DNA of 62,415 nt, the filler included, from Nitrospinota bacterium (GTDB lineage: Bacteria > JAUXIQ01), in NCBI GenBank assembly GCA_030620925.1. It is 11 parts of 11 records of this genome, joined end to end, with 100 filler letters (N's around TTAATTAATTAA, not from the genome) between each part and the next. Parts side by side here need not be neighbours in the genome. Positions count along the whole stretch, not along the records: positions 1 to 23,975 come from JAUXIQ010000003.1; 10 more parts are not named here. One strand, written 5' to 3'. Position numbers and translations under genes: made by a program. Below, piece by piece: positions 10,690 through 20,385 of this stretch (positions are counted from its first letter, which is position 1; each line of letters opens with the position of its first letter). The notes beneath the pieces were generated by a model. The model did no database searches, had not been told where the DNA came from, and saw nothing but the letters and a program-made list of their open reading frames with translations.

Positions 10690-11724
10690 ATGAAGATGAC
10701 ATTATCGGAAATAGCAGACCTTGTTGAAGGGAAACTCTCCGGCGACCCGCACTTGGAAATAAACGGTGTATCGGGAGTGGAAGATGCCGGCCCGGGCCAG
10801 ATAACCTTTGTCGCCGACAAGAAAAACCTCAAGCTCCTTGAGAGCAGCAAGGCTTCGGCGGTTATAACTTCCGAAGGGGATGAGGTAAAAATCCCCGCTG
10901 TAAAAGTGGGTAATCCCTATCTGGCCTTCGCCAAGATGATTGAGGTTTTTTATCCGCCCTCCAGATTGGAGCCGGGGGTCGATTCCAGGGCCTGCCTTTG
11001 CCAGGGTGTCCAGTTGGGCCGAGAGGTCAGGGTGTTCCCGCTTGTATACATTGGGGAGGATGCCCGGATAGGGGATAGGGTAGTCATTTACCCGGGCACG
11101 AGCGTAGGAGAAGGCGTCACCATTGGTGATGATACTGTGGTCCACTCAAACGTAAGCATCTATGATGGAATCAGCATAGGCCGGAGGGTGATAATTCACA
11201 GCGGTGCAGTGATCGGAAGCGACGGATTCGGCTTCATCAAGACTGAAGACGGGAGCCATTACAAAATACCTCAGGTGGGTACGGTAGAGATCGAGGACGA
11301 TGTGGAATTAGGCGCCAACGTGTGTATCGATCGAGCGAACCTGGGGGTGACGCTGATTAAAAAGGGCACCAAGATGGACAACCAGGTGCACGTTGCCCAC
11401 AACAACGTGGTGGGAGAAAACAGCATTCTTTTGGCCCAGGTAGGTCTTTCAGGAAGCTGTCGATTGGGCAGGAACGTCATTCTTGCCGGCCAGGCGGGAA
11501 CCATAGACCATATATCCATAGGAGATAACGCCGTGGTGATCGCCCAATCGGGCGTGGCCCAGGATGTGCCTCCCGGCTCTATGATGTCAGGCACGCCCGC
11601 CATACCCCACAATCTCTGGAAAAAGGTGCAGTTGAGCCTTAACAGATTACCGGAAACGATAAAGAACATCCGGAAGCTGGAGAAGAAAGTCGATAAACTG
11701 GAGGACATGGAAGGGAGCGTTTAG
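10690..11724 (+). CDS. lpxD: UDP-3-O-acylglucosamine N-acyltransferase
   Basis: Hexapeptide repeats, IGSDGFGF, KIPQVG, KMDNQVHVAHN. Confidence 0.95.
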   Translation: MKMTLSEIADLVEGKLSGDPHLEINGVSGVEDAGPGQITFVADKKNLKLLESSKASAVITSEGDEVKIPAVKVGNPYLAFAKMIEVFYPPSRLEPGVDSRACLCQGVQLGREVRVFPLVYIGEDARIGDRVVIYPGTSVGEGVTIGDDTVVHSNVSIYDGISIGRRVIIHSGAVIGSDGFGFIKTEDGSHYKIPQVGTVEIEDDVELGANVCIDRANLGVTLIKKGTKMDNQVHVAHNNVVGENSILLAQVGLSGSCRLGRNVILAGQAGTIDHISIGDNAVVIAQSGVAQDVPPGSMMSGTPAIPHNLWKKVQLSLNRLPETIKNIRKLEKKVDKLEDMEGSV

Positions 11725-11754
11725 CCTTTACAAGGAAATAATCGAGGAGGTCTC

Positions 11755-12195
11755 TTGAAGGATATAATGGAGATTCAGCGTTACCTGCCGCACCGCTATC
11801 CGTTCTTGTTGGTTGATCGTATTCTGGAACTGGAGGAAGGGAAAAGGATTGTAGGCCTGAAGAACGTTACCATCAACGAACCCTTTTTCCAGGGCCATTT
11901 CCCCGGACAACCGGTCATGCCCGGGGTTCTTATTCTGGAGGCGATGGCCCAGGTGGGGGGATGCCTGGCGCTCTCCTATCTCAAGAAGGAGGGGGAGCAG
12001 GCGGTCTATTTCATGGGTATAGACAAGGCCAAATTCAGAAAACCCGTGATACCGGGCGACAACTTGAGATTGGAGGTGGAAGTCCTCAAGCGGAGGGGAA
12101 ATATATGGGTGTTCAAGGGTGAAGCCTACGTAGAAGATACTCTGGTCAGCGAGGCGGAGCTGATGGCCATGATGGCAGGGGAGGAGAAAAAATAA
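11755..12195 (+). CDS. fabZ: 3-hydroxyacyl-ACP dehydratase
   Basis: [35 protein letters not shown]. Confidence 0.96.
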   Translation: MKDIMEIQRYLPHRYPFLLVDRILELEEGKRIVGLKNVTINEPFFQGHFPGQPVMPGVLILEAMAQVGGCLALSYLKKEGEQAVYFMGIDKAKFRKPVIPGDNLRLEVEVLKRRGNIWVFKGEAYVEDTLVSEAELMAMMAGEEKK

Positions 12196-12362
12196 GAAAT
12201 GGGGTTGATTTTTCAAACAAATAGAGCGGAAATCGGGTATAATAATTCTTAGTATATATAACGTCCTTAATTGAGACTTTTTCGAGGGCCTTCATTTCCC
12301 CTGCAGGTGATGGGATAAGGGGTGGGCCCTCTTTCTATAGTAGTGAAAATTACAGGGTTCTT

Positions 12363-13133
12363 ATGGAGATTCATCCGACAGCCGTCATCCATCCTACTGC
12401 GGAGATAGGACATGAGGTGTCCATAGGCCCCTATACAGTAATCGGCGAAGGGGTGACGATAGGAAATGGTTGCCAGTTGGGGCCCCAGGTGACTATCGAG
12501 AAGTGGACTGAGCTGGGTCCCAACTGCCAGGTGGCTCCAGGAGCCGTATTAGGTTGCCCGGCGCAGGACCTGAAGGTTGAAGGCGGTAAATCTTTTGTAA
12601 GGATAGGGGCCAACAATCTGATAAGGGAATTCGCTACCGTGCACCGCTCGAATCACGAAGGGGGAGCCACGGTAATAGGGGACGACAATTTTCTCATGGC
12701 CTACGCCCACGTCGGCCACGATTGCGAAATAGGAAATAATACCGTTATCACCAGCTTCGCCGGTCTCTCGGGGCATGTCAAGGTGGAGGATAAAGCTTTT
12801 GTATCCGGCTTAGTAGCCGTGCATCAATTCGTCAGCATCGGAACGATGGCCATGATAGGCGGTGGCTCGCGGGTGGTGAAAGACGTTCTCCCCTACGTGC
12901 TAGCAGAAGGCAACCCGTTGCGCATCCGCGGGCTCAACTCTGTGGGTATGCAGCGAAACGGAGTTCCCCCGGAGACCAGGGAAATTTTAAAGAAAGCTTA
13001 CAAGCTTATATTTCGCTCAGAGCTCAATACCAGCCAGGCCGTGCAGGCGATTGAAAGCAGCCTGGAACCGATTCCGGAACTTGAGCGAATGATGACATTC
13101 ATAAAGAACTCATCCAGAGGAATATCTAAATAG
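12363..13133 (+). CDS. lpxA: Acyl-ACP--UDP-N-acetylglucosamine O-acyltransferase
   Basis: IHPTAVI, QDLK, IREFATVHR, MAYAHVGHDC, HQF. Confidence 0.95.
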   Translation: MEIHPTAVIHPTAEIGHEVSIGPYTVIGEGVTIGNGCQLGPQVTIEKWTELGPNCQVAPGAVLGCPAQDLKVEGGKSFVRIGANNLIREFATVHRSNHEGGATVIGDDNFLMAYAHVGHDCEIGNNTVITSFAGLSGHVKVEDKAFVSGLVAVHQFVSIGTMAMIGGGSRVVKDVLPYVLAEGNPLRIRGLNSVGMQRNGVPPETREILKKAYKLIFRSELNTSQAVQAIESSLEPIPELERMMTFIKNSSRGISK

Positions 13134-13151
13134 CAGCGGAGGGAATCATTA

Positions 13152-14129
13152 ATGAAAAAGGTAACGAGAGTCGGGGTTGTTGGTGTGGGCCATATGGGCC
13201 GCTATCACCTGGGGGTCTACGCCGACATGTACAGAATAGAGCTGGGCGGTATTTCCGACATCGATAAGAATACCTGCCACCGGCTGGCGAGAAAATATAA
13301 GACCAGGGGATATATCGATTACCGCCGCCTTTTGGACAAGCTGGATGCAGTCAGCATTGCCGTCCCCACGGAAATGCATTACAAGGTGGCCAGGGATTTT
13401 CTGGAAGCCGGAGTGCACGTTCTTGTGGAGAAACCCATGACCGACAGCCTGCCGCAGGCCAGGGAGCTCTTCCGGCTGGCAAAGGAGAAGAAGCTTGTGC
13501 TGCATGTGGGTCATGTGGAGCGCTTTAACGGAGCAGTCCAGGAGCTCAGAAAGATCGTAAGAGAGCCCATGTTCATCGAGAGCCGCAGGATGGGGCCCTT
13601 CCCTAACAGGAACGTGGAGGACGGGGTGATCCTGGATGTCATGATTCACGACCTGGATATCATATTAGGGCTGGTCAACTCCAGCGTGATGGAAATTCAA
13701 GCCGTCGGCGCTAAAGTCTTCTCTCACAGGGAAGACCTGGCAAGCGTGCAGCTTATCTTCGAGAACGGATGCTTGGCCAGTCTCACTGCCAGCCGATCCA
13801 CACAGCATAAGGAGAGGACGCTGGCCATAACCCAAAAGGACTCCTACATTTTTCTCGATTATACCGACCAGGATATCCGGATACACAGGGATGCTTCTTC
13901 ACATCATACAATCTCCAAGCAGGAGCTGAAATACAGACAGGAGTCCACCATAGAGCGAATCTTCGTCCATAAGGACAATCCCCTGAAGCTGGAGATAAAA
14001 AATTTCCTGAATTGTGCGCTGAACAGCACCGTCAAATCGGTTTCGGTGAAGGACGAACTCTATTCCATACAGGTGGCATTGGAGATTATAGACAGGATGA
14101 AGAACATCGACTCTTTCCCCTCTTCGTAA
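13152..14129 (+). CDS. Gfo/Idh/MocA-family oxidoreductase, GnnA-like
   Basis: GVGHMG Rossmann motif, HVLVEKP, VGHVERFN, DVMIHDLD; located between lpxA and lpxI/lpxB. Confidence 0.8.
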   Translation: MKKVTRVGVVGVGHMGRYHLGVYADMYRIELGGISDIDKNTCHRLARKYKTRGYIDYRRLLDKLDAVSIAVPTEMHYKVARDFLEAGVHVLVEKPMTDSLPQARELFRLAKEKKLVLHVGHVERFNGAVQELRKIVREPMFIESRRMGPFPNRNVEDGVILDVMIHDLDIILGLVNSSVMEIQAVGAKVFSHREDLASVQLIFENGCLASLTASRSTQHKERTLAITQKDSYIFLDYTDQDIRIHRDASSHHTISKQELKYRQESTIERIFVHKDNPLKLEIKNFLNCALNSTVKSVSVKDELYSIQVALEIIDRMKNIDSFPSS

Positions 14130-14134
14130 CCCCT

Positions 14135-14986
14135 ATGAAAGTAACTCCGGCCAAGGAAAAGAGCATTGGACTCATAGCGGGCACCGGCGAACTTCCCGTT
14201 ATGGTGGCCAATTCAGCCAGGGAGCATGGATTCCGGGTGGTTACCATTGTGCTCCAGCGCGAATCCTTGAGCCTGATCGAACCTTACAGCGACCGCTGCT
14301 ACGCCTTCGGTATAGGGCAGTCCAACAAAATCTTCAGGGCCCTCAAATCCGAGGGAGTGCATGACGTACTCATCATAGGCGGGGTGGATAAGAAAGTTAT
14401 TTTCAACAGGTTGAGGTTCGACCTGCGGGCCATAAAATTGTTGCGCAGAGCGGCAAACAGCGGCGATACCACCCTCATGCAGGAAATAGAAAAGGAGTTT
14501 GTGAAAGAGGGCCTGCGCATAGTGGATCAGGCTTCTTTCATAAAAGAACTCAGCGTGGAGGAAGGCGTGCTTTCCAGGAGAGCTCCTTCCTCTCACGAAA
14601 ATGAAGACCTCTGCTATGGCTTCGAGCTGGCAAAAGAGATAGGCCGGCTGGATATAGGCCAGACGGTTGTGGTGAGGAATCGAGCCGTGTTGGCTGTAGA
14701 AGCGATAGAGGGCACCGATGAGGCCATAAAGCGCGGGTGTTCACTGGCCCGGCAAGGGGCGGTAGTGGTGAAAGTGAGCAAACCGGGGCAGGACCTGCGT
14801 ATGGACATCCCCGTGGTGGGGCCGCAAACCATCAAGAATATGAAGGAAGGACGAGCCACCGCACTGGGCCTTGAAGCGGAGAAAACGCTCTTCGTAAACA
14901 GAGAAGAAGCCCTGCGCATTGCCGATGATGCGGGTATGGCGGTGGTGGGTTTAACCGGTTCCCGGGTTTCGGAGCAGGGAGAATGA
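14135..14986 (+). CDS. lpxI: UDP-2,3-diacylglucosamine diphosphatase LpxI
   Basis: IGLIAGTGELP, DIGQTVVV, AVEAIEGTD, QDLRMDIPVVG. The ATG at 14135 is preferred over the longer track ORF. Confidence 0.88.
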   Translation: MKVTPAKEKSIGLIAGTGELPVMVANSAREHGFRVVTIVLQRESLSLIEPYSDRCYAFGIGQSNKIFRALKSEGVHDVLIIGGVDKKVIFNRLRFDLRAIKLLRRAANSGDTTLMQEIEKEFVKEGLRIVDQASFIKELSVEEGVLSRRAPSSHENEDLCYGFELAKEIGRLDIGQTVVVRNRAVLAVEAIEGTDEAIKRGCSLARQGAVVVKVSKPGQDLRMDIPVVGPQTIKNMKEGRATALGLEAEKTLFVNREEALRIADDAGMAVVGLTGSRVSEQGE

Positions 14987-16134
14987 GCGGGGAAGAGGTT
15001 AACCCCGGCGGCAGAATTTTTATTGTGGCCGGGGAAAAATCCGGAGATCAACGCGGGGCGGAGCTGGTAAGTGCCATGCGTTCTCGAAGGCCGGACTTGG
15101 CTTTCGTGGGTATCGGCGGCGAGCAGATGAAGAAAGCCGGGGTGGATATAGTCTTACCGGCTGAAGAAATTTCCGTGGTGGGTTCAGTGGAAATCCTGGA
15201 AAGGTTTCCATCCCTGGTGAAGGCGTACCTGAAAGCCAGGCGGATTATTACTAAAGGCCCCTTGTCAGCCACCATTCTCATAGATTTTCCCGGTTTCAAC
15301 CTCAGGATGGCCGGAGTGGCCAAAAGAGCAAACGTCCCCGTTTTCTATTACGTAAGCCCCCAGGTTTGGGCCTGGCACAGAGGGCGCGTGCGCACTATTT
15401 CCCGCCTGGTGAACCATATGCTGGTCATTCTTCCCTTCGAAGAGCACTTCTACAGAGAGCATGGTGTTGAGGTGGAGTACGTGGGGCATCCCCTGCTGGA
15501 AAAGATGGAGTCTTTTATCAGGGCCCGCGGCTCCGCTCCTGCATGGCAGCCGGATCGACCGGTCATAGGGATCATGCCCGGCAGCAGGCAGCGGGAGGTG
15601 AAGCTTATGCTGCCTCGCATGCTGGAGGCGGCGCGGAATATAAAAAAAGAGATACCCGGCGCCAGGTTTGTGATGCTCCTGGGCAGGGAGATGGATGAGG
15701 AGATAGCACTCGGACTCATCAAGGAAGCGGCACTGGAGGTGGAGATTGAAAGGGGACCCGACTATGAGGTGATGTCCGGTTTCGATTACCTCATCGGCAC
15801 TTCAGGAACCGCCACTCTCGAGGCCGGGTTGCTGAGCATCCCCATGGTCATAGTATATCGGGCACACATGATCACCTGGCTGTTGAGCAAGCTTCTGGTG
15901 AAAGTGCCGGACATGGGATTGCCCAACCTCGTTGCGGGGAAGAGGATCGTGCCCGAGCTGCGCCAATATAAAGTTAATGGTAAAAGGATAACCCGGGAGG
16001 CCCTCAAAGTCCTCAAAGATGGAAAGGAATACCAGAGGATGTGGGATGATCTGGGCCGGACGGCCGGTCTGTTCGGTGAGGGAGGGGCCGCCCGAAGGGC
16101 TGCGGAAGCGATTATCTCCAAACTCGATGCATGA
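14983..16134 (+). CDS. lpxB: Lipid-A-disaccharide synthase
   Basis: AGEKSGD, IDFPGFN, YVSPQVWAW, VGHPL, PGSR, SGTATLE. Confidence 0.95.
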   Translation: MSGEEVNPGGRIFIVAGEKSGDQRGAELVSAMRSRRPDLAFVGIGGEQMKKAGVDIVLPAEEISVVGSVEILERFPSLVKAYLKARRIITKGPLSATILIDFPGFNLRMAGVAKRANVPVFYYVSPQVWAWHRGRVRTISRLVNHMLVILPFEEHFYREHGVEVEYVGHPLLEKMESFIRARGSAPAWQPDRPVIGIMPGSRQREVKLMLPRMLEAARNIKKEIPGARFVMLLGREMDEEIALGLIKEAALEVEIERGPDYEVMSGFDYLIGTSGTATLEAGLLSIPMVIVYRAHMITWLLSKLLVKVPDMGLPNLVAGKRIVPELRQYKVNGKRITREALKVLKDGKEYQRMWDDLGRTAGLFGEGGAARRAAEAIISKLDA

Positions 16135-16158
16135 GAGGGAGCGCCCCGCTGCCTGTAA

Positions 16159-16848
16159 TTGCAGGTAGGCATTATCAGGATGAACCTTCTGCCAAAAGGT
16201 TTCCTCAATAAGATCGGGCGGGCCTTGCTCTCCGTTATAGGGGCGGTGGTCGTCTGGTTCGTATGCACCACCATTCGAAATTCTGTAATAGACAAGAAAT
16301 GGGAGGATCAGGCCTGGGCCACGGGTCCGGGAGTGATCTATGTTTTCTGGCACGGCCGTATGTTCTATTTTTTGTACCACTTCAGGGGGTCGAAGACCTA
16401 CATACTCGTCAGCCAGAGCGAGGACGGCCAGCTGATCGCACGGGTGCTGAAGCTTTTCGGGTTTAAAATAGTGCGCGGATCCAGGAGCAGGGGCGGCTTG
16501 GAAGCTTTACGGACGACATCCCGGAAATTAAAGGAAGGGGAATCTGCGGCGGTAACCCCCGACGGCCCCCGGGGGCCCGGATTTAGCGTCCATGAGGGGG
16601 TGATAGCGCTGGCCCGTATGACCGGCTGCCCCCTTTTGCCCATAACCAATGGATTCAAGAATAAGAAGGTCTTCAACAGTTGGGACGGCTTCGTGCTGCC
16701 CTACCCCTTCACACGGGGTCGATTGATTTTCGCGGAGCCGATGTTGGTGCCCCGAGACGCAGACCCCGCTTTCCTCGAGGCCAAGCGGCTGGAGCTGGAG
16801 AAGACCCTCAATGAAATAACTGAGCGGGCGGATGCCCCCTTCGAGTGA
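16159..16848 (+). CDS. DUF374 lysophospholipid acyltransferase family protein (LpxJ-like secondary lipid A acyltransferase)
   Basis: FWHGR, SQSEDG, RGSRSRGG, TPDGPRGP, FNSWDGFVLPYPF; lies between lpxB and waaA. Confidence 0.8.
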   Translation: MQVGIIRMNLLPKGFLNKIGRALLSVIGAVVVWFVCTTIRNSVIDKKWEDQAWATGPGVIYVFWHGRMFYFLYHFRGSKTYILVSQSEDGQLIARVLKLFGFKIVRGSRSRGGLEALRTTSRKLKEGESAAVTPDGPRGPGFSVHEGVIALARMTGCPLLPITNGFKNKKVFNSWDGFVLPYPFTRGRLIFAEPMLVPRDADPAFLEAKRLELEKTLNEITERADAPFE

Positions 16849-18170
16849 GCCGGGTGTTATTGATGTATTTCCTGTACAACTTTTTTTTGATGACTGCTTC
16901 GGTGGTCTGTGCGCCCTATTTTTCCATTAAACTCGTTTCCAGCGAGAAATACAGGGAGGGGCTCGGGCAGAGGATGGGTCGCCTGCCCCTGGAAGTGAGC
17001 GCTGAGCGGGGAGAGGGGAAGTGCCTCTGGGTGCATGCCGTTTCCGTGGGGGAAGTGTTGGCCTGTGCTCCTCTTATAGAAGAGCTCAAGGGTAAATATC
17101 CGGAGCTGAGGATCGTGCTCTCCACCGTTACCCGGACGGGCAACCAGACCGCCGTCCAGAAGGTGAAGGCCGCCGATCAAATAATCTATTTCCCCTTCGA
17201 TTTCCCCTGGACGGTGCGCAAAGTGATACGGGAGATAGCCCCGGACGCAGTGGCCATTGTAGAGACCGAGCTCTGGCCCAATTTCTTGAGACGTTTACGG
17301 CAGGAGCATATCCCTTCGCTGATAGTCAACGGGAGAATATCGCCCTCCTCTTTTAGGGGTTATAAAAAGGTGCGTTTCTTTATCAAAAACGTTTTGGCAG
17401 AGGTTAACCTGTTCAGCATGCAGAGCGAGGAAGACGCTCGCAGGGTCGTGGAATTGGGAGCGGACGGCGATGCGGTCGAAGTCACGGGAAACGTCAAGTT
17501 CGATCAGTCGCCATCTCAGGTGTCGTCTGTACTCGCCGCGAAGTATCGAGATATGCTGGGGCTTGAAGATCAACGGGTATTTCTGGCCGGAAGCACCCAT
17601 GAGGGAGAGGAAGAAGCGGTTATAGAGGCCTACGATGTCCTGAGAGAAGAGTTCCCCGACCTCCGACTGATCATAGCTCCCAGGCACCCCGAACGATGGG
17701 ACAGGGTGGAGAAGTTGATCGCCGATCACGGGTACGACGTGAGACGGCGCTCCGGCCTGGAGCCCCAAAGCGGGAAGTGGACGGACCGCTCGGTCGTCCT
17801 CCTGGATACCATCGGGGAACTGGCCGAGCTGTATGCCGTTGCCACGGCGGCGTTCGTGGGGGGCAGCCTGGTTCCAACGGGCGGCCATAACGTGCTGGAG
17901 GCCGCGGCCCAGGGGAAGGCCGTCCTATTTGGTCCCCACATGTTCAATTTCAAGGAGATTTCAAGGCTCCTGCTGGAAGTGGGGGGCGGCCTTGAAGTGC
18001 AGAATACCCAGGATATGGTTGAAAAAATCAGAAGATTGTTGCACAATACTCATGACAGAGAAGATATGGGAAGACGCGCGCTTTCCGTAGTGCATGCCAA
18101 TCAGGGTGCCGTGAAGCGGAACGTAGAGTTGCTGGAAAGGTACCTTAACCTTTCCACCGATGCTGCGTGA
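16845..18170 (+). CDS. waaA: Kdo transferase
   Basis: WVHAVSVGE, ETELWPN, TGNVKFD, AGSTHEGEE, APRHPER, GGHNVLE. Confidence 0.95.
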   Translation: MSRVLLMYFLYNFFLMTASVVCAPYFSIKLVSSEKYREGLGQRMGRLPLEVSAERGEGKCLWVHAVSVGEVLACAPLIEELKGKYPELRIVLSTVTRTGNQTAVQKVKAADQIIYFPFDFPWTVRKVIREIAPDAVAIVETELWPNFLRRLRQEHIPSLIVNGRISPSSFRGYKKVRFFIKNVLAEVNLFSMQSEEDARRVVELGADGDAVEVTGNVKFDQSPSQVSSVLAAKYRDMLGLEDQRVFLAGSTHEGEEEAVIEAYDVLREEFPDLRLIIAPRHPERWDRVEKLIADHGYDVRRRSGLEPQSGKWTDRSVVLLDTIGELAELYAVATAAFVGGSLVPTGGHNVLEAAAQGKAVLFGPHMFNFKEISRLLLEVGGGLEVQNTQDMVEKIRRLLHNTHDREDMGRRALSVVHANQGAVKRNVELLERYLNLSTDAA

Positions 18171-19288
18171 GGGCGATGGAAACAGACGATATTCCTCATA
18201 CAGACCATCGAAAGATTTCAGGGGAGTGGTGGCGCTTCTTATCTGAGAAGAAAGCGGGCCGACTTGTGAGCCTGGGCGTCCACCCCCTTTCCTGGGCTTA
18301 CGGCTGCTGCCTGCTGGCGCGCAGAAAGCTCTACTCGTCAAAGGTCCTGCCTGTTAGAAGACTCCCCTGCAAAGTGATAAGCGTGGGCAATATCACTCTG
18401 GGGGGGACGGGCAAGACGCCCACGGTTATATCCATCGCCAGAACCCTCACTGAAAGGGGCGTTAAGACGGCCGTTATCAGCAGGGGGTATCGCGGCAAGT
18501 ATACCAGCAAGACCGCCATCGTATCAGACGGGGAAAGCGTCTTCATGAAGCCCGAAGAAGCGGGTGATGAACCCTATATGATAGCCAGGGCGCTCGAATC
18601 CGTTCCCGTTATAGTGGGGAGAGACAGGTATACGGCGGGGCTTCTGGCCTGGGAGAAATTTAACGTCCAGGCGGTCCTCCTGGATGACGGCTACCAGCAA
18701 TTGGGCCTGGCCAAAGACCTGAACATTCTGCTGGTCAACCGGCGGTGTTCGGAGAATGAGCTGCGCCTCTTCCCTCTGGGTGGACTGCGTGAATCCCTCT
18801 CGCAGACCAGCCGGGCTGATGTTATCCTCTACACCATGTGCCGTGAGGGGGAAGAGCATCCCCCTACTCCTGTTTCACTGAAAGAAACTCCCACCTTCAT
18901 GAGCGGGTACAAAGCCACGGGGCTTAGAATGATTAAAGACCGGGGGTTGCTGCCCCTGGAAGCCGCCGTAGGCAAGAGAGTGCTCGCCTTCTGTGGTATT
19001 GCCCGCCCCGGCTCCTTTCTCGATACCCTGAAGGAAGCGGGCCTGAAGGTGGTGGATTTCGTCAGTTACCCCGACCATCATTATTTTGCTTCCAGGGAAC
19101 TTGCGGAGCTGACTGAAAGGGCCCGAGCGGCCGGCGCGGAGATGATAGTGACCACCGAGAAGGACGCGGTGAAGATAGAGGGTTTCGCTTCAGGGGAGCC
19201 GCCCTTTTTGGCCCTGATGGTGGAGATGGCGCTGCTCGGCCACGAGGAGGAATGGGAGTGGTTTTTGATGGGTGGCATAGAGGGCTGA
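18167..19288 (+). CDS. lpxK: Tetraacyldisaccharide 4'-kinase
   Basis: VGNITLGGTGKTP, SRGY, GDEP, LDDGYQ, TTEKDAVK. Confidence 0.95.
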   Translation: MRAMETDDIPHTDHRKISGEWWRFLSEKKAGRLVSLGVHPLSWAYGCCLLARRKLYSSKVLPVRRLPCKVISVGNITLGGTGKTPTVISIARTLTERGVKTAVISRGYRGKYTSKTAIVSDGESVFMKPEEAGDEPYMIARALESVPVIVGRDRYTAGLLAWEKFNVQAVLLDDGYQQLGLAKDLNILLVNRRCSENELRLFPLGGLRESLSQTSRADVILYTMCREGEEHPPTPVSLKETPTFMSGYKATGLRMIKDRGLLPLEAAVGKRVLAFCGIARPGSFLDTLKEAGLKVVDFVSYPDHHYFASRELAELTERARAAGAEMIVTTEKDAVKIEGFASGEPPFLALMVEMALLGHEEEWEWFLMGGIEG

Positions 19289-19301
19289 GCCTGGTACAAA
19301 T

Positions 19302-20381
19302 TTACTGTCTGACGCCAAGAATCATGTAGAGACCCAGGAGGGAGAGCAGGATGTTCGCCCCCCAGGCGGCCAGTACGGGGGGAAGTAGACCGCTGTGTCC
19401 CAGTGATATGCCGGCGAAGAAGAGCACCCAGTAGAATACGCTTATTATTATTCCCATCAGTATCCCCCGGGAGAGCTTCCCGCCTCGTTCCCACCCCAGC
19501 GAAAAGGGTATTCCCAGGAGCACCATTACCAGGCTGGCCAGAGGGTAGGAGAGCTTCGAATGCATGTCCACGGTCAGGGCTGTCGATTGAAGCCCTACCG
19601 CCCGACGTTTTTTGACGTTCCTCCGCATTTCCCGAAAGCTGGTCCTTTCCGGCTTGGTGGATTGGGCTTTCAGGTCTGAGAGGCTGATATTCAGAGGCAG
19701 TATCGCGCTATCCAGGAACCGGGTGGAAGTGATCTGACCGTCCGTAAAATTTCTAACGTAAGCCCCTCTGAAGAGCCACCTTTCACCTTCTTTAACTACG
19801 CTCTGTGCGTCGACCCGCATTTTGAGAGCTTTGTTCTCGTCGAAAGAGAATATCACCACTTTCAGCATCTTCATCTCAGCGGGTTGAAATCTTGAAATGT
19901 TCCATATTTCTTCGCGCCCGGTTTTAACCCATATGTTGTATTGCTGGTATATGTTGGAGCTTTGGCCTGTGATCTTCGTCTTGTATACGTAATCCATCTG
20001 CTTCAGTGACTGACCCACCACGAATTCCCCCCATGTGAAAACGAATGCACTCACCAGCAGGCTCACGACAATGAGGGGCGCCGTCATCCGCAACAGGCTT
20101 ATGCCGCAGGTTCTGATGGCTATCAGCTCTCCGGTGCGGATCAACTGGTTCATGAGCAGGATGGTGGGGAACAGGATGGCCACGGGCGTTATCTGGTAAA
20201 TAATGAGAGGCAGCTTGTATAGAAAGTAGAGCAGGGCGTTGGTTATCGAGGAGTGGTGTTCCACAAAATCGTCTATGCGCTCGAAAAATTCCACTATCAG
20301 ATAGACGCCCACCAGACAGGCCAATACCAGCCCCGTGAGACGGAAGAACTCTTTGAGATTGTACCTGTTCAGCGTATTCAA
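19302..20381 (-). CDS. lptG: LPS export ABC permease LptG
   Basis: YjgP/YjgQ architecture (GELIAIRTCGIS, LPPVLAAW); second gene of a tandem pair. Confidence 0.85.
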   Translation of the reverse strand: MNTLNRYNLKEFFRLTGLVLACLVGVYLIVEFFERIDDFVEHHSSITNALLYFLYKLPLIIYQITPVAILFPTILLMNQLIRTGELIAIRTCGISLLRMTAPLIVVSLLVSAFVFTWGEFVVGQSLKQMDYVYKTKITGQSSNIYQQYNIWVKTGREEIWNISRFQPAEMKMLKVVIFSFDENKALKMRVDAQSVVKEGERWLFRGAYVRNFTDGQITSTRFLDSAILPLNISLSDLKAQSTKPERTSFREMRRNVKKRRAVGLQSTALTVDMHSKLSYPLASLVMVLLGIPFSLGWERGGKLSRGILMGIIISVFYWVLFFAGISLGHSGLLPPVLAAWGANILLSLLGLYMILGVRQ

Positions 20382-20385
20382 ATCC

